Origin: an uncultured Pseudomonadota bacterium
Lineage (GTDB): Bacteria; Pseudomonadota; Alphaproteobacteria; Rs-D84; CACZYB01
Reading direction: 5' to 3'
DNA: 64,000 nucleotides
NCBI GenBank assembly: GCA_902785275.1
Contig: CACZYB010000003.1
Coordinates: 64,001 to 128,000 of the forward strand
Below are positions 1 to 10,446 of this stretch, in pieces; the first letter of the stretch is position 1, and every line of letters starts with the position of its first letter. Below the pieces are notes generated by a model. That model was given only the letters and a program-made list of their open reading frames with translations. It was not told where the DNA came from and did not search any database. A program made the translations under genes and the position numbers.

Positions 1-178
1 TTTTAAATTCAAATGGAAAACCACAACAAGAGCATTTGGGTTCAGTGATTAAATCAAACTTTGATACACAAGATAGGCAAATTGCACCATCAATGCCAAG
101 AAAGTCTTTACAAATGCAACACTGTTGAGGAAAAATAAAATTTATTATTGAATTCCAAATTCGTTTTAATATTACCAT
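1..178 (-). CDS. comF: ComF family protein (double zinc ribbon N-terminus), partial, runs off the window start
   Basis: Not in ORF track. Manual translation from ATG at 178: MVILKRIWNSIINFIFPQQCCICKDFLGIDGAICLSCVSKFDLITEPKCSCCGFPFEFK. The FPxxCxxC...CxxC...PxCxxCGxPF pattern is the ComF/GntX N-terminus. Start overlaps the stop of the upstream ORF. Confidence 0.85.
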   Translation of the reverse strand, partial: MVILKRIWNSIINFIFPQQCCICKDFLGIDGAICLSCVSKFDLITEPKCSCCGFPFEFK

Positions 179-1872
179 CTCATAATATCGTATTCTTTTA
201 CGTTTTCTTCTTCACCAAAAATATCAGCACCCTTACTTATACGCAACTTTGTATAATTATCATTACTTACAACACGGAAGGCAAACGAATCTTCATCCCT
301 ATTACTTAGAACAGGAAGAATCTGTCTATCTGAAATTCCTGCATTACGTAAAATATTGCTTACAATAGAAAGACGACGTGCAGTTAATTTTTTCTTTTTT
401 GGATTATTCATCACACTTTCAGGAATCGTGATTTCGATTGAGTTTGTTGGTTGTTCAGTTGCAATTTGTGCGAATGAACGAATAAGGTTTACACTTTCAC
501 CGGAAACAGCACTGCTTCCATCCTGGAAGTCGATTTTCATTTGCAAAACTTCACGTGTACCAGCTTTTAATGGACCACTTGGCGCACTGATAGATTTTTT
601 GGTATCCTGAAGTTTTTTCTTTACATCTTTTACACTAACCTTTTCAACAGGAACCTTTTTATCACCTTTGCCCTCTAAAGCATCACCAACATTTTTTTGT
701 TTGGTAAAACCTTCGTCATCCTGATATTCCTCTTCATTTTCTTCTTCTTCCTCAGAAATTTCTTCATCGACATCTTCTTCCAAAGCCTCTTCATTTTCTT
801 CTTCAGATTCATCCTCATAAGCAGAAAGATATTGATTGCCAGAAAGATATGCACGGTGCAAATCTTTTTTAAGCATTTCCGAAGATGCAATGGATGGTTG
901 TTTCTTTTTATTTTTTGCAACCTTTACATCAGATGATTTCTTTGATGAACTTAGTTTTTTATTTGTTTCAGGTTTTATTGCAGAAAAAGCCTTTATAAAA
1001 GGATTTGAACTTGTGTTTGCGATATCACTTGTTTCTTTTTTGCTTTTAGATTTCTTGGTTTTCGAAACAATAACACCAAATGGATTATCATCTGACGAAT
1101 CGTTTTCATCAGAAGCAGATGTAGATGGAATTTCAGTTTTTGTATCGTTAACAGCAACAAACTTTTCAACATTTTTAGATGCAATATCCGAATCTGTTTT
1201 CTTCGATTTCTTTTTTAAATTCTTTTTTCCCTTTATTTCTTTTTTATCAGATTTATCGAAAACTTTATTTTCAGAAGAAGGTGTTTCTTCTATTACTTCT
1301 GATGCGACATCAGCCTTTGAAATAACCTTTTCATTATTAACAACTTTTTGTTGTTCGGATGAAGAGACAAGAACTTCTTCACCTTCGGAAACTTTTATGC
1401 TTGCAAATTTATCGTTTGCTTTCTTTGCCTTTGCAATAGAACGAGTTTTCTTTTCAGGTGTTACAGAAACAAAATCAATTGAGCGAAGTGATGCAACCTT
1501 TTCCTTTTTAACAGGTTTTACAGGTAAAGTTTTTTCAGGTTGTACCTGTGCAATAACAACGGTTGGTTTTACTTCTGGAACAGAATCGATTGATGGTTCA
1601 ACCTTATCTTCGAAATAATCATCACTATTTTCAACATCAGAAACAGATGCAACTTCGTAATCAATAGTCTCGTTTTCATCAGGAAGAAAAGCTTCATTTG
1701 GTTTCTCAAAAATCATATCGGCGATGGTAGCAACATTAGGCTTCACATCAGAGGTCTTCAAGAAGAAGGCCTCTGACTTCCCAATATCAAGGGACAATGC
1801 ATTATTTGAGATGCCAAATAAAAACATAAGAATTAAAATAAGTTTACGTTGCATTCCTTTTGTCCCTTTCAC
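172..1872 (-). CDS. Exported hypothetical protein: long disordered Lys/Ser- and Glu/Asp-rich region plus C-terminal OmpA-like domain
   Basis: Signal-peptide-like N-terminus, poly-acidic tract (EDESEEENEEALEEDVDEEISEEEEENEEEYQDDE). C-terminal IDFQDGSSAVS...LTARRLSIVSNILRNAGISDRQI resembles the OmpA C-terminal fold. GAGGAG RBS before the GTG at 1872. Confidence 0.7.
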   Translation of the reverse strand: MKGTKGMQRKLILILMFLFGISNNALSLDIGKSEAFFLKTSDVKPNVATIADMIFEKPNEAFLPDENETIDYEVASVSDVENSDDYFEDKVEPSIDSVPEVKPTVVIAQVQPEKTLPVKPVKKEKVASLRSIDFVSVTPEKKTRSIAKAKKANDKFASIKVSEGEEVLVSSSEQQKVVNNEKVISKADVASEVIEETPSSENKVFDKSDKKEIKGKKNLKKKSKKTDSDIASKNVEKFVAVNDTKTEIPSTSASDENDSSDDNPFGVIVSKTKKSKSKKETSDIANTSSNPFIKAFSAIKPETNKKLSSSKKSSDVKVAKNKKKQPSIASSEMLKKDLHRAYLSGNQYLSAYEDESEEENEEALEEDVDEEISEEEEENEEEYQDDEGFTKQKNVGDALEGKGDKKVPVEKVSVKDVKKKLQDTKKSISAPSGPLKAGTREVLQMKIDFQDGSSAVSGESVNLIRSFAQIATEQPTNSIEITIPESVMNNPKKKKLTARRLSIVSNILRNAGISDRQILPVLSNRDEDSFAFRVVSNDNYTKLRISKGADIFGEEENVKEYDIMRW

Positions 1873-2001
1873 TCCGTCTCCTCTCTTGTTTTACTATGCT
1901 TTTTTTATTATATCAAGAAGAAAATTAAAAAATTTCTCATTGCTTTTATATATTTTAAAAGTTATAGTTTTTATTAGGCAAAATAATTGAGGGAGGGCGA
2001 T

Positions 2002-4206
2002 ATGTATGATAATGTTTTAACAAAGGAAAATATTCAAAATATAATTTCTGGACGTGAAAGTAATCCATTTGCCTTTCTTGGCTTTCATAAGCTTGATAAT
2101 GACCCAAAATCTGCGGTTATTCGTGTATTTAATCCGTTTGCAAAAAAAATTTCCGTCATTACAAAGGGGTTAAGTATGGAGCTTCCTATGGAAAAAATAC
2201 ATGATGATGGATTGTATGAAACCATAGTTGGTGAAGATGATAGCGAATACAAACTTTTGATAACTGATGATTGTGGAAGAGAAGTTTTAACCGAAGACAC
2301 ATACAGTTTTCCATCAACTATTGGTGAATTTGATAATTATCTTTTAAGAGAAGGTAACCATTTTGAACTTTATCACAAAATGGGCGCACATATAATGACG
2401 CTTAATAATATAGAAGGAGTTTCTTTTGCCGTATGGGCTCCGGATGCATACAGGGTAAGTGTTGTTGGTGACTTTAATAATTGGGACGGACGTGTTAATG
2501 TTATGCGTCGTCATCCAGTAAGTGGTATTTGGGATATATTTATCCCTCATTTAAAAGAAGGTACACTTTATAAATTTGAAATTATTTCAAGGGATGGAAG
2601 ATTGCTTCCTTTGAAATCTGATCCTTATGGTTTTTATCAGGAGCTTCGTCCAAAGACCGCATCTGTTGTATGGAATGAAAATTCTTATAAATGGGAAGTA
2701 AACGAACATTGGGAAAAAATTAAAAAGGCGGTGAATTCGAACGATGCACCTATCTCAATATACGAAGTACATCTTGGTTCATGGAAAAGAAAAGATGGAA
2801 ATCAATATCTTTCGTATAGAGAACTTGCCCATGATTTAATTCCTTATGTAAAATATATGGGATTTACACATATCGAACTTTTACCAATAATGGAATATCC
2901 ATTTGATGGATCATGGGGATATCAAACAACCGGAATGTTTGCTCCAACATCAAGATATGGAACTCCGGATGACTTTAAATATTTTGTTGAACAATGTCAT
3001 AATGCAGGAATCGCAGTTATACTTGATTGGGTGGCTGCACATTTTCCAAAGGATGCTCATGGACTTGCAAACTTTGATGGTCGTCCACTTTATGAATATG
3101 CAGATGACAGAAAGGGCGAACACAAAGATTGGGGTACAAAAATTTACGATTATGGAAGAAATGAAGTTGTGAACTTTCTCCTTGCATCTGCTACATTCTG
3201 GCTTGATGAATACAAGGTTGATGGTTTAAGGTTTGATGCGGTGGCATCTATGCTTTACCTTGATTACAGCCGTGGTGCCGGACAATGGGTTCCAAACATT
3301 TATGGCGGTAGAGAAAATTTAGAGGCAATTGCTTTCCTTCAAAAGGTTAATACACTTATGTATGCAAAGTATCCGGACACAGCTTCGTTTGCAGAAGAAT
3401 CTACTGGATGGGGAAATGTTTCACGCCCTGTTGATATTGGTGGACTTGGCTTTGGATATAAGTGGAATATGGGTTGGATGCATGATGTGCTTGATTATAT
3501 GAGTAAAGATCCGATTTACAGAAAATATATTCATCACCAAATGACACATTGTATTATGTATGCATTTTCTGAAAACTTTGTGCTTTCTATTTCACATGAT
3601 GAAGTTGTTCACTGTAAATGTTCGCTTATAAATAAAATGCCCGGTGATAAATGGCAAAAGTTTGCAAACCTTCGTGCATTTTATGGATATATGTGGACCT
3701 TCCCTGGAAGAAAGCTTTTGTTTATGGGTGGGGAATTTGCCCAATACAATGAATGGAATGAAAACCAAAGTTTGGATTGGCATCTTACAAATGATCCATA
3801 CAATAAGGCTATACAGAAAGAGGTTAAGACCTTAAATGAACTTTATAAATCGGAACCTGCGCTTTATGAAAATAATTCAAGTCCTGATTGTTTCAGATGG
3901 CTTGACTACAATGACTCTGAAAACAGTGTGTTCCCTTATATAAGGTATGCAAAGAATAGGGATAATTACCTTATTGCAATTACAAATATGACTCCTATTG
4001 TAAGAGAAAATTACAGAATCGGAGTTCCTGAAAATTGTGAATTTGAAGAAATTTTCAATTCTGATGATTTTGAATATATGGGAAGCGGTGTTGGAAACAA
4101 GGGGCATTTGAAACCAGAAGCAATTCAATGGCAAGGTGAAAACCAATCTTTAAGTCTTGTATTGCCACCACTTGCAACAATAATACTTAAACCTGTAAGA
4201 AAATAA
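2002..4206 (+). CDS. glgB: 1,4-alpha-glucan branching enzyme (GH13)
   Basis: Motifs FAVWAP, YEVHLGSW, WGYQ, DWVAAHFP, DGLRFDAVASMLY, AEEST, KWNMGWMHD, SHDEVVH. ATG at 2002 follows GGAGG. Confidence 0.97.
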   Translation: MYDNVLTKENIQNIISGRESNPFAFLGFHKLDNDPKSAVIRVFNPFAKKISVITKGLSMELPMEKIHDDGLYETIVGEDDSEYKLLITDDCGREVLTEDTYSFPSTIGEFDNYLLREGNHFELYHKMGAHIMTLNNIEGVSFAVWAPDAYRVSVVGDFNNWDGRVNVMRRHPVSGIWDIFIPHLKEGTLYKFEIISRDGRLLPLKSDPYGFYQELRPKTASVVWNENSYKWEVNEHWEKIKKAVNSNDAPISIYEVHLGSWKRKDGNQYLSYRELAHDLIPYVKYMGFTHIELLPIMEYPFDGSWGYQTTGMFAPTSRYGTPDDFKYFVEQCHNAGIAVILDWVAAHFPKDAHGLANFDGRPLYEYADDRKGEHKDWGTKIYDYGRNEVVNFLLASATFWLDEYKVDGLRFDAVASMLYLDYSRGAGQWVPNIYGGRENLEAIAFLQKVNTLMYAKYPDTASFAEESTGWGNVSRPVDIGGLGFGYKWNMGWMHDVLDYMSKDPIYRKYIHHQMTHCIMYAFSENFVLSISHDEVVHCKCSLINKMPGDKWQKFANLRAFYGYMWTFPGRKLLFMGGEFAQYNEWNENQSLDWHLTNDPYNKAIQKEVKTLNELYKSEPALYENNSSPDCFRWLDYNDSENSVFPYIRYAKNRDNYLIAITNMTPIVRENYRIGVPENCEFEEIFNSDDFEYMGSGVGNKGHLKPEAIQWQGENQSLSLVLPPLATIILKPVRK

Positions 4207-4238
4207 AACTTTGATATTTCGTGAAAAGGAATGAAAAT

Positions 4239-7205
4239 TTATTTGTTCCATTCTTTTACACGTGCAAGGTGTGAATATTCAGAGTATGCTTCTATACTGT
4301 GACCAACAGTGTTTGGATTTGGACGAGAAAGGTATGGTGTTGTTGGTTTTGAAAATTCGGTAATAGTTCCCTTTAAATCAACATAAGCTTTTTCAATTAT
4401 TTGATTAACAGAATCATCCAAATCATCACAGGTTATATTTCCGTTTGAACTTCCTGTAAGTTTTATATAACGGATACCAGCAACCTTTGAATTTGTTTTT
4501 ATATGTTTAAATCCTTTGTTTTGAAAAATCAAAGCTTCGATTGGAAGTTGCGGTGCATAACCGGAAAGAACTTCAGCTTTTGACGGAGGATTTCCAGTTT
4601 TATAATCGAATATAAATGCATTGTTATCACAAGAGATATCAATTCTATCAACCTTTGCGGTTATGGTGAAATCATGTGTAATATCAAAAGTACCCTCCTC
4701 TTCTTCAAAAGAAAATGAAGTTGTTTTTTTGATATCATTTTCATAATCGACAAACCAACGGGCAACCTTTTCAAACTTTGAATACCAGAAATCAATTTGT
4801 GGAATATCCATATAAGGAATCGCATTATTCATCATAATTGCCATAAGTTCATCATAGGTTGAAAGTTTTTTCTTTTTGAATTCTTCCAAGCTGTTATGAA
4901 TAACAGTTCCAAGTTCGGCCGGACCAGCAACTGGATTTATATCTTTTAACTTTTCAAGGTTTAAAATTTTATTTGCAAAAATTATGTATGGATCACGATA
5001 CCATTTTTCAATCCATGTTGCGGAAAGCTTTTTTGGTCTGGATGAAATAGGTGGGCACGGATTTGGTCTTTTACAAGGAATAACTTCTTCATTAAATCCA
5101 GAAATTTGTATCCAAGATTTTACTTCTCGACTTAGCGAATCGTCCCATTTTAAATTTGCGATTTTTACAATGGCGGAAAGTTTTGTAAGCCAACGCGAAG
5201 TGATAGTATTATTTCCATCAACCTTTAGAGCATGAGTCATAACAACATTTTTCTTACAGAAGAATTCCACAAAATCGTGTGATGACAAACCCACCTTTCG
5301 TTCAGGAAGTGGAAGTTTGAATTTCGCCTTCATAGGACGGCTCATCCATGGATCATCGGATGTAACACGAGGAAATATATCTTCATTTAATCCTGCCATA
5401 ATATACAAATCTGCAGTTATTAAACGTGCTTCTATCGAATTCATTATCGAAATATTTGGATGAGAATTTATTTTTGGTCTTAAGCTTAAAGACAATAAAT
5501 AATTTGATATGAAAACGAAATAAGCAGGCACGCTCATCACATCAATATCGATTGAATTATTTTCATCTTTGATTTCCTTTAATGAAGAAAGAAGTGATGA
5601 AAGTTCATCAGATAAATCGTTATGTAAATCTGTATCCCATAAAATTTTGTTTGTATCAACATCTGGTGAAGAAACAAATTTTTCCACCAAAGAAAGGTGT
5701 GAATATAATAAATCAAATAAATGATAATTTTGCGAATCGAACATCTTTACAAACATACCGTTTGTAATATCTTTTATTTTCAAAAGAAGATTATAAACAT
5801 CCGGATAATCCAAAGATTCATTTATCATCTTATCCAAATTATTAACGGAAACTTTACCCTGTAATACATTTTTTTCGAGAGATGTTGTAAGCGAATCTAA
5901 CTCTTCCTTTGAATAACCAAGATGAGTATATTTATGTTTCAATACCGCAAGAATGGAATAAGGTGAAAAATTTTCATACAACATTTTTAATACAAGGATT
6001 ATATAATTTCCTGTTATTGTATCACTGGCTGGAATACCGGCCGAATCGTCAACTATTATATTCCAACGTTTAAGTTCATTTGCAACGGATTTTGCAATTT
6101 TTCTGTCTGGGGTAATAAGAAGCGCCCTTTTATTTTCAAAAACAGCTTTTCTTAAAAGTCCCGAAATTGCAAAGACTTCATCCGAATCGTTTTCTAAACA
6201 GATTTCCGATACATCATTTAGAACATCTTCGTTTAATTTTGGAAGCTTTGACCAATCATCATTCATATCAGATGACAACATAATATAGCTTGATAAAAGT
6301 TCCCTATCACTTTCTGCGATATCGTAATTTTTAAATAGAGGTAATTTAGGTAGAGGCAATTCAGGAATATCGGAAATTTTTAACCCCAATCCCTTTATCA
6401 ATTTCAAAAGCCCATATTGTGGATGATTTTGATTTGTCTTTGGAAAATCGGATGTCAAGATTTCAAAATCTTTATCAGAAATATTTTTATCAAGTCCCGG
6501 AAGGATAAGAAATCCTTTTTCCATTTTTGAAATAAACCTTAGCATATAAGATATTGGGACAAGAGAACCTGTAGAACCAGCGGCAAATACCCTTCCTTGT
6601 GGCGGAAAATTTTTCCAATAATCTATTTGCTTTTTTATAAGGCGAATCTTTCTATCGACTGGATTTATAACATTATTTTCTTCCAAAATCTTTGGATATT
6701 CGGCAGTAACAATTTTTAAAAATTCCAATACTTCCTGCCAATGCTCAGAATATTCTTCGGGAACAAGGTATTGAAGATTATTGAAACTTAATTCTTCCAT
6801 TTCTACTGTATCCATAAGATGTGCCAAATCCACGGCAAGGGAATATGCTTGCTCCTCTGTGAAATCAGGCATTTTTTTCTTTACCAAAGATGAAAGAATA
6901 AGATTTCGTTTTATTTGAGAAATTGCAGGTGGCAAATCGGCATCTAAATTTTCATTTTCATAATCCAAAAATGCAAGACCATTTTCGTCAACATCACCAA
7001 GTGGCAAAATGGTTGGAAGCATTACAGCACTGTCGTTTGAAAGATGGAAAAATACATCCTTCATATATCTGCACGCACGACGAGTTGGAAGCAAAATTAT
7101 ATCATTGGCAATATTTATATTTTCAGATTTTGCCGTTTCAATAATGTATGAAGCAAGAACCTCTAAGAATGGATAACGTGGAGATATATTGAAAATATTT
7201 GCCAT
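4239..7205 (-). CDS. addB: Double-strand break repair protein AddB (alphaproteobacterial type)
   Basis: LLPTRRA, AGSTGS, LPGLD, LITPDR, VDDSAG, DPWMSRPM, LSATWIEKWYRDPY, C-terminal PD-(D/E)xK nuclease (DRID...DYKTG...QLPIE), YSHLARVKEW. Confidence 0.93.
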   Translation of the reverse strand: MANIFNISPRYPFLEVLASYIIETAKSENINIANDIILLPTRRACRYMKDVFFHLSNDSAVMLPTILPLGDVDENGLAFLDYENENLDADLPPAISQIKRNLILSSLVKKKMPDFTEEQAYSLAVDLAHLMDTVEMEELSFNNLQYLVPEEYSEHWQEVLEFLKIVTAEYPKILEENNVINPVDRKIRLIKKQIDYWKNFPPQGRVFAAGSTGSLVPISYMLRFISKMEKGFLILPGLDKNISDKDFEILTSDFPKTNQNHPQYGLLKLIKGLGLKISDIPELPLPKLPLFKNYDIAESDRELLSSYIMLSSDMNDDWSKLPKLNEDVLNDVSEICLENDSDEVFAISGLLRKAVFENKRALLITPDRKIAKSVANELKRWNIIVDDSAGIPASDTITGNYIILVLKMLYENFSPYSILAVLKHKYTHLGYSKEELDSLTTSLEKNVLQGKVSVNNLDKMINESLDYPDVYNLLLKIKDITNGMFVKMFDSQNYHLFDLLYSHLSLVEKFVSSPDVDTNKILWDTDLHNDLSDELSSLLSSLKEIKDENNSIDIDVMSVPAYFVFISNYLLSLSLRPKINSHPNISIMNSIEARLITADLYIMAGLNEDIFPRVTSDDPWMSRPMKAKFKLPLPERKVGLSSHDFVEFFCKKNVVMTHALKVDGNNTITSRWLTKLSAIVKIANLKWDDSLSREVKSWIQISGFNEEVIPCKRPNPCPPISSRPKKLSATWIEKWYRDPYIIFANKILNLEKLKDINPVAGPAELGTVIHNSLEEFKKKKLSTYDELMAIMMNNAIPYMDIPQIDFWYSKFEKVARWFVDYENDIKKTTSFSFEEEEGTFDITHDFTITAKVDRIDISCDNNAFIFDYKTGNPPSKAEVLSGYAPQLPIEALIFQNKGFKHIKTNSKVAGIRYIKLTGSSNGNITCDDLDDSVNQIIEKAYVDLKGTITEFSKPTTPYLSRPNPNTVGHSIEAYSEYSHLARVKEWNK

Positions 7206-7262
7206 AAATAAACCTTTTTAATTTTATGATATTTTAACAAATATTTTATCAAAATTCTAGGT

Positions 7263-8582
7263 TTATTTTTCAAACATTTGTTCGTATAAATCAAATGATG
7301 GATAGCCATCTGGAATAACTGGATTACCGGATTTATACTTTAAAATTTTAAAGCCACGTTTTGAAACATCCTTGTCTCCATCAAGGAGCATTTGTTGATA
7401 TTTCTTGATTGCCTTCATAGTCTTTTTTCCATAAAGACCAGAAATTTTTGCATCATAGATACCAAGTGAAGCAAGCTTTTCTTGGATTTCTTTTATTTGA
7501 TTTGTTGTCATTGCCTTCATTTTATCCCAATTTTCTGGACGTTCGAAAAGAGGAATAGAATCTGAAATAAGGGCATCAGAAAGAAGTCCAACAGACAAAG
7601 CATAATTTGTGGATGCGTTCCAATTCATTATATATTTAAAGTTATCATAAACGATAAAGGTTGGACCTTCCACACCTTGTGGTGCAATCAAGCTTGCATT
7701 TATATCTTTGTTTGGAACAGGTGTGCCATCAAGTTGCTTTACACCAATGGAATTGAAAAAGCTTAGTGGTTTCCATTCGTGAGAATTCACATAAGTCCAA
7801 GCCTTTGAATTTGTTTTATCAATAACTACTGGACGACCCCAACGATATTTGTTATTCCACCCCATCTTTGATAAATAATTTCCGGCAGAATGTACAGCAT
7901 CGGCAATATTATTTGTAAGATTTATTTTACCATCACCATTTCCATCAACTGCATATTTTTGGAATGTCGAAGGCAAGAATTGGAAATTACCAAAAGCACC
8001 AGCCCATGAACCAATCATTTGGCTTGGCTTCATATGACCTGCATCGATTATTTTAAGTGCATTGATAAGTTCTGATGTAAAAAATTCGGAACGTCTTGGG
8101 TCAAACGAAAGAGTTGTTAATGCTTCTATTATATTATAATTACCAAAGATTGTACCGTAAAAAGTTTCCAATCCCCAAAATGCAACGATTATTTCCTTTG
8201 GTACGCCGTATTTTTCTGAAACATTATTAAGTAATGTTTTGTACTTTTTAAGCATAATTTTACCATTGGCAATACGTTCAGGTTTTAGAGCACTGTCGGA
8301 ATATTTCCAAAAGGTTTTCATAAATTCTGGTTGTTTTCTATCAGATGCAATAACCTTTGGGTTATATTTCACATTTTTAAAAACTTCATCCAAAGTCTTT
8401 TGTGAAATTTTATATTTTTTGTTAGCCTTTTTTTTGAAATCAGAAAGCCATTCTTGGAATTCTTTTTCATTATAGCCTTCTATCTCCTCTGGTGCATTTT
8501 TTAATTCTTGAATAGCAGGAGCATTCTGAGCAAATAAAACATTTGAAAAAATAGTAAATAAAAATAGTAAATATATTTTCAT
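7263..8582 (-). CDS. Lytic murein transglycosylase (MltB/SLT_2 family) with C-terminal peptidoglycan-binding domain
   Basis: DRKQPEF, WGLETFYG, GSWAGAFGNFQFLPS, AVDGNGDG, NFKYIMNWNASTNYA, and C-terminal IQEKLASLG...GLYGKKTMKAIKKYQ. Start moved to ATG 8582 (MKIYL signal peptide). Confidence 0.92.
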   Translation of the reverse strand: MKIYLLFLFTIFSNVLFAQNAPAIQELKNAPEEIEGYNEKEFQEWLSDFKKKANKKYKISQKTLDEVFKNVKYNPKVIASDRKQPEFMKTFWKYSDSALKPERIANGKIMLKKYKTLLNNVSEKYGVPKEIIVAFWGLETFYGTIFGNYNIIEALTTLSFDPRRSEFFTSELINALKIIDAGHMKPSQMIGSWAGAFGNFQFLPSTFQKYAVDGNGDGKINLTNNIADAVHSAGNYLSKMGWNNKYRWGRPVVIDKTNSKAWTYVNSHEWKPLSFFNSIGVKQLDGTPVPNKDINASLIAPQGVEGPTFIVYDNFKYIMNWNASTNYALSVGLLSDALISDSIPLFERPENWDKMKAMTTNQIKEIQEKLASLGIYDAKISGLYGKKTMKAIKKYQQMLLDGDKDVSKRGFKILKYKSGNPVIPDGYPSFDLYEQMFEK

Positions 8583-8583
8583 A

Positions 8584-10386
8584 TTAACACCTTGCAATAT
8601 CTTCTATAATAAGTTGTATATAACGTTTTCCATTCCAATCATTTGCGCGAATCTTTCCTGCGACCTTGAAATATTTACCAATACCATCAAGCAATGCTTC
8701 CCCCATTTCTGTATCAATAGATTTATAGCAAATTGCAGAAATGCTTTTACCATTATCAGATGCAAAATAACATCTTATATGACCACCAGAAAGTGCATCA
8801 GCACCAGTAAGCTTTGCATTTAATATAGCAAATCTTGGCTCTTCGTTCGCAGTACCAAATGGTTCCAAAACGGAAAGCTTTTTTATTAATTCATTATTTA
8901 TACCAGTTATATCAATAACAGAATCTATACTTAATACAGGTATAATCTTTTGTGATTTTGTTGAACTTTCGATATATTCGTGCAAAAAATTTTTAAATTC
9001 AGGTATCTTATCCTTATTCAAAGTAAAGCCCGCAGCCATAGAATGGCCACCACCTTCGGAAAGGATACCCATTTCTTTTGCCTTTATAATCGCGGAACCC
9101 AAATCAATTTCTGGGATACTTCTTCCACTTCCGTTTGCGATACCATTTTCATCAATTGTTGCAACCAAAGTTGGAAGGTTATAACGTTCCTTTATTCGGC
9201 CGGCGATGATACCAATCACACCGGTATGCCAATTATGACCGCCAATAAAGACGAAATTATCATCTGGTTTAAGTTCAGATGAAACCATTTCAAACGCTTC
9301 GGCAAGAACGGATGCCTCAATATCCTTACGTTCAGTATTAAAATTATTAAGACGGGTTGCAAGATTATCCGCAGTTAATGGATTTCTGGTTGTAAGCAAA
9401 TCCGCACCCAAAGATGAATTTCCAACACGACCGCCGGCATTTATCCTTGGCCCTAAGATATAGCCGAGATGGTAAACAGTTGGGCTTGTATTAACACCAG
9501 AAATATCACACAAAGCCTTTAGTCCGACATTTTGGCGTTTTGCCATAACCTTTACACCAACGGAAACAAAGGCACGGTTTGCACCAACAAGAGGAACAAC
9601 ATCACATACTGTACCCAAAGCAACCAAATCAAGATATGAAAATAAATCAGGTTCTTCAACACCATTTTCAATATAGAAACCATCTTCACGCAAAGTTTTA
9701 TTTAGAGCAACATCCATTAAAAACACAACACCACATGCAGCCAAATAATTAAGGCCAGAATCGTCATCAACACGCTTTGGATCAACAACGGCAACTGCAT
9801 TTGGAACACCAACTTCGGCTTCGTGGTGATCGGCAATAACAATATCAAGATCCATCTGATTTGCCATATCAACAGCATCAAATCCGGTTATACCGCAATC
9901 AACTGCAATTACAAGAGTTGCCCCCTTATCCCTTAATTCCTTTAATCCAACAGAATTAAGTCCGTAACCTTCGGATTGTCTGTCTGGGATATGAATATGC
10001 ACATTTTTCATACCAACATCACGAAGAAAGCGATAAATAATAGAGCTTGCAGTTGCACCATCAACATCATAATCACCAAAGATACCTATTGTTTCACCTT
10101 TTTTAATAGCACGAACAATTCGTTCCACAGCTTTATCCATATCCTTTAGAATAAATGGTGATGGCAACAATGTTTTTATTTGTGGGTTAAGATAGTTTGG
10201 AATATCATTGAATGAGACATGTCTGGCACAAATAATTTTTGCAATAATATCCGATACATCAAATCGTTGAGCAATAGTAGCCACTTCACGTTCATCACCT
10301 TTGAATAAACGCCAACGAAACTTATTTAATGATGCATCTTCGTTAACTAAGAAGTCATCTTTGTTATCATCTGGACCGACAATCAT
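8584..10386 (-). CDS. recJ: Single-stranded-DNA-specific exonuclease RecJ
   Basis: GDYDVDG, AVDCG, DHH, ALGTVCDVVPL, GPRINAGGR, GSGRS, GGGHSMAAG, LEPFG. Confidence 0.97.
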   Translation of the reverse strand: MIVGPDDNKDDFLVNEDASLNKFRWRLFKGDEREVATIAQRFDVSDIIAKIICARHVSFNDIPNYLNPQIKTLLPSPFILKDMDKAVERIVRAIKKGETIGIFGDYDVDGATASSIIYRFLRDVGMKNVHIHIPDRQSEGYGLNSVGLKELRDKGATLVIAVDCGITGFDAVDMANQMDLDIVIADHHEAEVGVPNAVAVVDPKRVDDDSGLNYLAACGVVFLMDVALNKTLREDGFYIENGVEEPDLFSYLDLVALGTVCDVVPLVGANRAFVSVGVKVMAKRQNVGLKALCDISGVNTSPTVYHLGYILGPRINAGGRVGNSSLGADLLTTRNPLTADNLATRLNNFNTERKDIEASVLAEAFEMVSSELKPDDNFVFIGGHNWHTGVIGIIAGRIKERYNLPTLVATIDENGIANGSGRSIPEIDLGSAIIKAKEMGILSEGGGHSMAAGFTLNKDKIPEFKNFLHEYIESSTKSQKIIPVLSIDSVIDITGINNELIKKLSVLEPFGTANEEPRFAILNAKLTGADALSGGHIRCYFASDNGKSISAICYKSIDTEMGEALLDGIGKYFKVAGKIRANDWNGKRYIQLIIEDIARC

Positions 10387-10446
10387 AATATTTTTATCCT
10401 ACATCAATAAAAAAAGGTAGCCCAAAAAACTACCCTTTCAACAATC

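Noticed and set aside
715-820. TTC/TCA-rich repeat-like tract
   Set aside because: Simply encodes the poly-Glu/Asp stretch of the 172-1872 protein; not a DNA repeat or array.
836-1618. 260-aa plus-strand ORF
   Set aside because: Antisense shadow of the low-complexity 172-1872 gene; its Phe/Ser-rich composition mirrors Lys/Glu codons and it has no RBS.
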